Assembly: GCA_040756875.1 (NCBI GenBank)
Contig: JBFLYH010000003.1
Coordinates: forward strand, 160,001 to 224,000
Length of the DNA stretch: 64,000 bases
From: a candidate division FCPU426 bacterium
Lineage (GTDB): Bacteria > Oederibacteriota > JAAXVQ01 > JAUVAV01
Direction of reading: 5' to 3'
The notes under the pieces were generated by a model. It saw nothing but the letters and a program-made list of their open reading frames with translations. It made no database searches and was not told where the DNA came from. The first letter of the stretch is position 1, and each line of letters opens with the position of its first letter. The position numbers and the translations under genes are program-made. Positions 57,713 to 64,000 of the stretch are shown here, in pieces.

Positions 57713-58582
57713 ATGCGGACCAAAGAACCAATCACCTCCGTCATCCGGCGGCGCAAATCCTGGCGCACTTTTCTGAACCGTCCCCTGTCGGCGCAGGTCC
57801 GCGAACGCATCAACCGGCTGCTCTCGGAAGAGTTGCAGGCTCCGTTCCCGGGTTCCTGGCGGTTTCACCTGAAGGACTACAAACCGGCCGGCGGCCAAAC
57901 CCCGGTCCGCCTCGGGACATACGGCACCATCGCCGGAGCCCGGCATTTCGTCATCGGCGCCGTCTCCGAGGGAGCGTTCGATCTGGTGAACTACGGCTAC
58001 CTGATGGAGCGGATCATTCTCGAACTCACGTCCCTGGGGCTGGGAACCTGCTGGCTGGGCGCGACCTTCGACCACCGCTCGTTCGCCGCATTGATTTCCG
58101 CCCGGCCGGACGAATTGGTGCCGGCGGTCACGCCGGTGGGCGAAATGTCCCCGCGCCGCGGCCTCAACGGGCACATCATGGATCTGTACGCCACGGCGCA
58201 CACCCGCAAGCCCTGGCAGGAGCGTTTCTTTCTGGGCGGCTTCTCCCGGCCGCTCCTGCCGGCTGAAGCCGGCTTGTACGCCGAGCCCCTGGAGATGGTG
58301 CGCATCGCCCCCTCGGCTTCGAACCGCCAGCCCTGGCGGATCGTGCGGGACGCCCGCGCCGGCGTCTACCATTTCTATCTGCGCCGCAATCCCGTATATA
58401 TCGGATTGATCCACGCCGCTTTCAAGGCGCACGATCTCCAGCAATTGGATTTGGGAATAGCCATGTGCCATTTCGAATTGACGGCCAGGGAGTTCGGACT
58501 GTCCGGCAGCTGGGTCGTGGCAGATCCCGGGCTGAAACCGCTTCCCAAGCTGACGGATTATTTCGTCACTTGGGCCGGTTGA
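57713..58582 (+). CDS. Nitroreductase family protein (two-domain type)
   Basis: IRRRKSWRTF, GTYGTI, GLGTCWLG, APSASNRQPW, DLGIAMCHF. Confidence 0.88.
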   Translation: MRTKEPITSVIRRRKSWRTFLNRPLSAQVRERINRLLSEELQAPFPGSWRFHLKDYKPAGGQTPVRLGTYGTIAGARHFVIGAVSEGAFDLVNYGYLMERIILELTSLGLGTCWLGATFDHRSFAALISARPDELVPAVTPVGEMSPRRGLNGHIMDLYATAHTRKPWQERFFLGGFSRPLLPAEAGLYAEPLEMVRIAPSASNRQPWRIVRDARAGVYHFYLRRNPVYIGLIHAAFKAHDLQQLDLGIAMCHFELTAREFGLSGSWVVADPGLKPLPKLTDYFVTWAG

Positions 58583-58603
58583 ACTCAGCGCGGAAGGGTC
58601 CGC

Positions 58604-59239
58604 ATGCCTACAGCCTCCCCGGAATTTTTCTGGTTCTCGGGCCTCTTGCTGGGATTGACCGGCGCCCTGACGCCGGGGCCGCTTTTCCTGCTGGTGGTCT
58701 CGAACAGCCTGCGTCACGGAACCGCGGCCGGCGTGCAGGTCGCTTTCGCGCCCTTGCTCACCGATCTCCCCATCTTTTGCGCCAGTTTCTGGCTCACCCG
58801 CCACGCCGGCCTGCATCCGGGCTGGCTGGCGCTGCTGCAGGCGGCCGGAGGAATTTTTCTGCTTTTCTTGTCCTGGAAAACCGTGCGCAGCCGCATGCCC
58901 GCGCCTGGCCAAGGCCCTGAAACGCCCGCGCCCTGGCTGCAGGGCGTGATCGCCAACAGTCTGAACCCCCACCCGTATTTGTTCTGGTTCACGGTCGGCA
59001 GCCCCCTGGCCTGGCAGGGGTTCGCGCACGGGGCGGCCTCGGGCATCGGCGTGATCGCGGGCATTTACCTGGCCCTGGTGGGCGGAAAAATATTCCTGGC
59101 CTGGCTGGCAGGGCGCGGCCGGCAGGCGTGGCTGGAGCAGCCGGTTTTTCTCTGGCTCCTGCGCGGATTGGGGCTGGTGTTGGGGGCGTACGCCCTGCTG
59201 TTTTTATACGCCGGCTTCCACGCCTGGGGATGGATATAA
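58604..59239 (+). CDS. LysE family translocator
   Basis: ALTPGPL, APLLTD, NSLNPHPYLFW. Confidence 0.88.
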   Translation: MPTASPEFFWFSGLLLGLTGALTPGPLFLLVVSNSLRHGTAAGVQVAFAPLLTDLPIFCASFWLTRHAGLHPGWLALLQAAGGIFLLFLSWKTVRSRMPAPGQGPETPAPWLQGVIANSLNPHPYLFWFTVGSPLAWQGFAHGAASGIGVIAGIYLALVGGKIFLAWLAGRGRQAWLEQPVFLWLLRGLGLVLGAYALLFLYAGFHAWGWI

Positions 59240-59301
59240 CCCGGGGTATTGCCTTCTTTTTTTCGGGCGCCCCCGCAGTTCATTACACAGGAGGTGCGTT
59301 C

Positions 59302-59907
59302 ATGCACGGAAAACTCATCGTCATTTCGGGTCTGCTGGCCTTTAGCCTCGGGGCCGCGGCTGCCGCGGCCGAACAACCCGCGGCCGCGCGCGGCGCGCTG
59401 GACATCATCCATGCGCGTAAAAGCGTCCGGCACTACCTGCCGCAGCCGGTCAGCGAAGAACTGCTCACCACGCTTATGAAAGCCGGCATGGCCGCACCCA
59501 CGGCCGCCGACAAGCGGCCGTGGGCGTTCGTGGCCGTCACGGACCCGGCCCGGCGCCGCTCGCTGGCGCAAGCCCTGCCCTACGGAAAGATGCTGGAACA
59601 GGCGGGCGGCGCCATCGTGGTTTGCGGTCTTCCAAAGCAGTCCATGCCGGGCAAGGAATCCGAATATTGGATCCAGGATTGCTCCGCTGCCTCGGAAAAC
59701 ATCCTGCTCGCCTGCGAAGCCCTGGGGTTGGGCGCGGTCTGGGTCGGCGTGCATCCCGTGCCCGCCCGGGTCGAGGCGGTCCGGCGCGCGCTCTCCCTGC
59801 CCGCGTCCGTGGTGCCGCTCAATGTCATTTCCCTCGGCTATCCGGCGGGCGTCGAGAAGCCCAAGGACAAATTCGATCCTGCGGCCATCCATTGGAACCA
59901 GTGGTGA
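59302..59907 (+). CDS. Nitroreductase family protein with N-terminal signal peptide
   Basis: MHGKLIVISGLLAFSLGAAAAA-AE, IHARKSVRHY, AAPTA..KRPW, QDCSAASENILLA, LGAVW; AGGAGG RBS. Confidence 0.88.
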   Translation: MHGKLIVISGLLAFSLGAAAAAAEQPAAARGALDIIHARKSVRHYLPQPVSEELLTTLMKAGMAAPTAADKRPWAFVAVTDPARRRSLAQALPYGKMLEQAGGAIVVCGLPKQSMPGKESEYWIQDCSAASENILLACEALGLGAVWVGVHPVPARVEAVRRALSLPASVVPLNVISLGYPAGVEKPKDKFDPAAIHWNQW

Positions 59908-61118
59908 AGCGGCCCCGTTTCTCCCCCTGGCTGCGACTGCTGCTCGTCGCGGCGGTGGCAGGCTGGGCCGGGCTGGGCCACTGGCAGCGCAGCCGCCAAG
60001 CGGCTGAAACCGGCGCGGTGCTGGCGGTGCAACAGGTCGACTGGGAAACCGTGCTTTCCCTGTTTCCCGGAGCCAAGCAGCTGGCGCCCCTGTCCGGGGA
60101 CCCGGGCCTGGGCCAGGTGAAGGACGCCCAGGGCCGCCTGCTCGGCGCCTTGCTCCTGAGTTCCCCGCGCAGCGACCTGATCCGGGGCTACCATGGCCCC
60201 ACGCCGCTGGCCATCGGCTTGAAGCCTGACGGCCGGATCGCGGGCGTGCGGCTGCTGGCCAACGGAGAAAGCCGCGGCTTCGTGCGGCAGATGGAGGAAG
60301 CGGGCCTGCTGCGAAGCTGGGACGAACTCCCCTGGCAGGAGGCCGCAAGCTTGAAGGTTGACGCGGTCACCCGCGCCACCCTGACCTCCTCGGCGGTCAT
60401 CCGCACCCTGCAGCACCGGCTCTCTCTGCTGACGCCAGGCGCCCTGCGCCGGCCGGCCGCTCCGGCGGGCGTGGATTGGCCAGCGCTGGCCTTGCTGCTG
60501 GCCGCCGCCGTGCTTTTCCTGCGGCCTTTTCCCCCGGCGCGCTGGCTGCGCCTGTTGCTGCTCCTGGGTTCGGTGCTTTACCTGGGAATAGGGCGGGGCT
60601 GGTTTCTGTCGCTGGATTTGTTTGCAGGCTGGCTGAACTACGGCTGGTCCTGGCCCGGCGTGCTGGTCCTGGCGCTAATGGCCGGTTTGGCCGTGATCCT
60701 GGCGCTGGCCACGCGCCGGCCTTTCTACTGCTACTATGTCTGCCCGTTCGGCGCGGCGCAGGAATTGCTGTTCCGCTTTTCGCCGTTTAAAAACCGCTGG
60801 CCCAGGCCCCGGTTTCCCTGGCTCAAACGGGCGCGCGAAGCGCTGCTGGCCGCCGGCGCCCTCCTGCTGCTGGCCGGCGCGGGCTCCTGGCTGTCGCAAC
60901 TCGAGCCTTTTGCCGCGTTCCTGCCGCGCTCGGCCGGCGCCTGGGTGCTGATTCTGGCCGGCCTCATGCTGGCTGTGTCTTTGATTTGGAACCGTTGGTG
61001 GTGCACGACCTTCTGCCCCACCGGCGCCTTGTTGGATGGTTTTTGCCTGCGGCCCCCCGACCGCGCGCGCAAACCGGCGCGGCCGGGAGAAAATCCGGCA
61101 ACCGAACAGACGGGCTAA
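59904..61118 (+). CDS. Membrane protein with extracytoplasmic FMN-binding domain and 4Fe-4S-binding (NosR/NapH-like) region
   Basis: GYHGPTP, VDAVTRATLTS, two CxxxCP motifs (YCYYVCPFGA, WCTTFCPTGA); GTGA overlap with the upstream gene. Confidence 0.85.
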   Translation: MKRPRFSPWLRLLLVAAVAGWAGLGHWQRSRQAAETGAVLAVQQVDWETVLSLFPGAKQLAPLSGDPGLGQVKDAQGRLLGALLLSSPRSDLIRGYHGPTPLAIGLKPDGRIAGVRLLANGESRGFVRQMEEAGLLRSWDELPWQEAASLKVDAVTRATLTSSAVIRTLQHRLSLLTPGALRRPAAPAGVDWPALALLLAAAVLFLRPFPPARWLRLLLLLGSVLYLGIGRGWFLSLDLFAGWLNYGWSWPGVLVLALMAGLAVILALATRRPFYCYYVCPFGAAQELLFRFSPFKNRWPRPRFPWLKRAREALLAAGALLLLAGAGSWLSQLEPFAAFLPRSAGAWVLILAGLMLAVSLIWNRWWCTTFCPTGALLDGFCLRPPDRARKPARPGENPATEQTG

Positions 61119-62026
61119 CGGACCATGCGGATGTTGGGCACGGCCGGTACATCCGCAATGCCCAGGGCCTTGCTGGTCTCCATGTTGATGAAGGTGATGA
61201 TCAGGCGCGGATACTCCAGGATGACGTTCTCCTGCAGCTGTTTTCCCAGCAGGCGTTCCACCAGGTCCGCGGTCTGCCTTCCCATGTCCTGGTAGTCCAC
61301 CGAAAAAGCCGCGAAAGCGCCGGCCCGCACCTGATATTCCGAGATGCCGATCAGGGGCAGTTTGTGATCCAGGGCAAACTGGTTGACCACCGCAAAAGCC
61401 TGGGGATGGGCCGCGGTTTTATCCGGGATGGACCAAATCAAATCGGGTTTCTTGCCTTCGAGGGACTGAAGCGCCATGGCCGCGTCCTCGGGCTCCTTGA
61501 CCACGGCCGTGACCAGCTTCAAACCCTGCTTTTCGGCGGCCGCCAGGGCTTTTTGGATCAACGGTTCCGAATCAGCCGGGTTGTACAGCACGCCCGCGGT
61601 CTTGGCCGAGGGCAGCAGTTTGCGGATGCGGCTGAACTGGCTGTCCGTGTCCACGGTCATCACCAGTCCGGCCACCTTCTTCGCATCAGGCAGGGCTTGC
61701 GGCTCGATCACCATGGTGTAAATGATGGGCACGGCGGGCGTGGACTGCTGGGCGGCGCGCACTGCACTGATCCCCAGCAGCACCACGGCGTCCAGCCGCT
61801 TGTCCGCCAGGCTTTCAAACACGCGCCGGCCTTCCTCCACGGATCCTTTGAGATTGAAGGTCATGACTTCCTGGGAGATGGCGTGTTCGAACGCCTCCTG
61901 GGCTTCGCGGTACGGACCCAGGGTTTCCCCCGTGATCACCGCCAGGCCTTTGGCTCCCGCGGCCGCCGGCAACAACAGGGCAGCCGCCCATCCTGCAATC
62001 CACCACTGCCAGATGCGTTTGTTCAT
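61115..62026 (-). CDS. ABC-type substrate-binding protein (ABC_sub_bind-like)
   Basis: Signal peptide, GVLYNP, GAFAAFSVDYQDMGRQTA, INMETSKALGI. Confidence 0.8.
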   Translation of the reverse strand: MNKRIWQWWIAGWAAALLLPAAAGAKGLAVITGETLGPYREAQEAFEHAISQEVMTFNLKGSVEEGRRVFESLADKRLDAVVLLGISAVRAAQQSTPAVPIIYTMVIEPQALPDAKKVAGLVMTVDTDSQFSRIRKLLPSAKTAGVLYNPADSEPLIQKALAAAEKQGLKLVTAVVKEPEDAAMALQSLEGKKPDLIWSIPDKTAAHPQAFAVVNQFALDHKLPLIGISEYQVRAGAFAAFSVDYQDMGRQTADLVERLLGKQLQENVILEYPRLIITFINMETSKALGIADVPAVPNIRMVR

Positions 62027-62059
62027 AAGTCCCTCGCAGGCCCCGCGTTCGCGGGACGG

Positions 62060-64000
62060 TTAGAACTCCAGGCTGAACCCGTAATCCACGCGAATGCCGT
62101 GGATGAGGGGAATTTCATTCAGCGTGCGGCGGGCGTATTCCGGAACCGTCATATTGTTGTTGGCCAGGTTCCGTGCCGCCAGGGTATGCCGGATATTGCC
62201 GTGCTGGTACGCCAGCGAAGCATCCACCGAGAAGTTCGCGGGAATCAGCGAGACCCGGCCGTGCATGTCACCGTAGTAATTGATCAGGGCCGAGAGCGTG
62301 AACGGCCCCAGGTTCTGGGTCGCTCCGCCCGAGGCGGTCCAATGCGGCACGTATTTGAAGTTCCAGGTATAGGAGTTGGTGGCTGACTCGTAGATGCGGT
62401 CGCCGTCGTCCCCGTCCACGTAATCGCCGGAGGCGAAGATCCGCGTCGTGGGCAGACGGTATTCCACCTCCAATTCCGCACCCTTGGCGATGATCCGGTC
62501 GCCGTTCTGGTATACGTTGACGTTGTTGTAGGTCACGCCGTCGTAGGTGGCGGAGCCCAGGGCCCGGCCGATGCTGTTCTCGTAAATGGCATAGTAGCCC
62601 AAGGCCTGCACGAAGAAACCGGCCACCTTGGTCAGGTAGGCGAGCTCGGCGGACGTGGCCAGTTCGGGTTTGAGTTCCGAGTTGCCGAAGACCGTGCGCT
62701 GCGGCAGGGTGACGAAGTTCAACTCGAACAGCGACGGCGCGCGGTAGGATTGGCCCACGATCAGCTTCACGCTGTTGGTCTCGTCAAGGGTGCAGACGAT
62801 GGTGCCGCGCGAGGAGACGTTGGTCCCAAACAATTCGTTCTGCGTGGCCCGGGTCCCCACCAGGACCTTGAGCGGCTGGTGGCTGTACCCCAGCTGGACG
62901 TACCCGGACCCTTCGGCCACCCGGCGGTCGCGCATGTTGTTTTCGGTGATGACCCGGTCTTCGTACACCAGGTAGTTGGTGAAAGCCGTGCTGTACCGCA
63001 GCTCATGGTCGGCACCGGCCTCGATGTTCCAGTCGTTCCAGAACGAATAGGAGGCGTTCAGCTGGTTCATCAGGCGCGAGCCCACGATGTCCGCGCGGGT
63101 ATTGTCGTCGAAACTGCGCGAATAATTCCGCCGCGACCAGTCGAACGTCAGGGAGTAATTCGCCTGCAACTGCTCCCATTTGTAATGGTAGGCATAATTG
63201 GCCAGGTGCAGTTCGATCTCGTGGTCGCGGTCAACGCCCGCCGAACGCTGCGGCGTGACGCCCAGGTACAGCTCGTGGTTGACCACGGAATTGATCAGCC
63301 AGGAATGGCCGCCGTACTGGCCGCTGAACGTGACGTTGGCCAGATCCAGGTATTCGTTGACCATCATGCGGTTGGTGGCGGCGGTGCCTTCGGCGTTGAA
63401 GATGTATTGCGGCCAGATTTCCTTCCGGCTGTTGGCCGACAGGCGGTACTGCAAATCCCCTTCGGACTGGCTGTAACTGGCGCCGGCCTGCTGGGAGCCC
63501 ATGGGTCCGCGAAAGCCTTCCGCGCCGCTTCCCAGGCCGCCGTGCGCAAACCCCTGGCTCTTGCCGGGCTTGGCTTTGCGCAGCACGATGTTGACCGCGC
63601 CGCTGTAGGCATTCGAGCCGTACAGCACCGAAGCCGGCCCTTTTAGGACTTCAATGCGCTCCACGTCGCTGATGTCCACGCGGTCGAGGTCGCCCTCGCC
63701 GGTCACCGCATGCCAGGCCGGCACGTTATTGATCATGACCAGCACCTTGTTGGCATAGTGATCCTGCAGCAGGCCGCGCGAAATCGGCAGGCGGTTCTTC
63801 AGGTAAGTCCGCCAGGCCATGAACCCGGCCACGGTTTCGACCGCCTGGCTGACCGTGGTGAAATTGAAGCGTTTGATCATGTCCCGGTCGATGACCGAGA
63901 CCGTCGAAACCGAGTTGAAAACGGTTTCCTCGGCCCAGGAGGACGCCACGGTCACGGGCGCGAATTCGTAGAAATACATGTCCTCGAGTTCCATTGATCC
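62060..64000 (-). CDS. TonB-dependent receptor; 5' end outside the window
   Basis: Plug motif DVERIEVLKGPASVLYGSNAYSGAVNI, YRAPSLFEL, LKPE, C-terminal F; frame open to the right edge, no signal peptide seen. Confidence 0.92.
   Translation of the reverse strand, partial: GSMELEDMYFYEFAPVTVASSWAEETVFNSVSTVSVIDRDMIKRFNFTTVSQAVETVAGFMAWRTYLKNRLPISRGLLQDHYANKVLVMINNVPAWHAVTGEGDLDRVDISDVERIEVLKGPASVLYGSNAYSGAVNIVLRKAKPGKSQGFAHGGLGSGAEGFRGPMGSQQAGASYSQSEGDLQYRLSANSRKEIWPQYIFNAEGTAATNRMMVNEYLDLANVTFSGQYGGHSWLINSVVNHELYLGVTPQRSAGVDRDHEIELHLANYAYHYKWEQLQANYSLTFDWSRRNYSRSFDDNTRADIVGSRLMNQLNASYSFWNDWNIEAGADHELRYSTAFTNYLVYEDRVITENNMRDRRVAEGSGYVQLGYSHQPLKVLVGTRATQNELFGTNVSSRGTIVCTLDETNSVKLIVGQSYRAPSLFELNFVTLPQRTVFGNSELKPELATSAELAYLTKVAGFFVQALGYYAIYENSIGRALGSATYDGVTYNNVNVYQNGDRIIAKGAELEVEYRLPTTRIFASGDYVDGDDGDRIYESATNSYTWNFKYVPHWTASGGATQNLGPFTLSALINYYGDMHGRVSLIPANFSVDASLAYQHGNIRHTLAARNLANNNMTVPEYARRTLNEIPLIHGIRVDYGFSLEF

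Overview
Bacterial, mostly high-GC chromosomal window, probably from a diderm candidate-phylum organism (inferred from a TonB-dependent receptor, a PorV-like barrel and several secreted proteins with Thr/Pro linkers and T9SS-like C-terminal domains). Left end (1-4.3 kb): AT-rich defence island with a two-reverse-transcriptase DRT type 3 locus. drt3a is complete; drt3b was missed by the ORF track because it runs off the left edge. An unknown gene with a HEPN/DUF4145-like tail lies just upstream. 4.4-15.7 kb: accessory zone (Fic, a RelE/HigA-like toxin-antitoxin pair, secreted repeat proteins) punctuated by palindromic CACGAAG-unit repeats. 15.7-44.6 kb: core genes (nadD, proA, proB, obg, rpmA, rplU; cysE, rng, radical SAM, rodA, mrdA, mreDCB, PpiD-like). 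Between rng and rplU is a block with the best metabolic novelty: one ORF fusing serine palmitoyltransferase (Spt) to a bacterial ceramide synthase (bCerS)-like GNAT domain, with a candidate reductase about 3 kb away. 44.7-64 kb: PorV-like gene plus a likely cargo protein, a DUF1573-rhodanese-MauE operon, maf, NlpC/P60, macro domain, mazG, nagA, acpS, an HD-GYP regulator, nitroreductases, an FMN/Fe-S membrane protein and a truncated TonB receptor. At least five unrelated short palindromic repeat families occupy the intergenic spaces. No rRNA, tRNA, CRISPR array, integrase or transposase was recognised. All calls come from reading motifs by eye; no searches were run.
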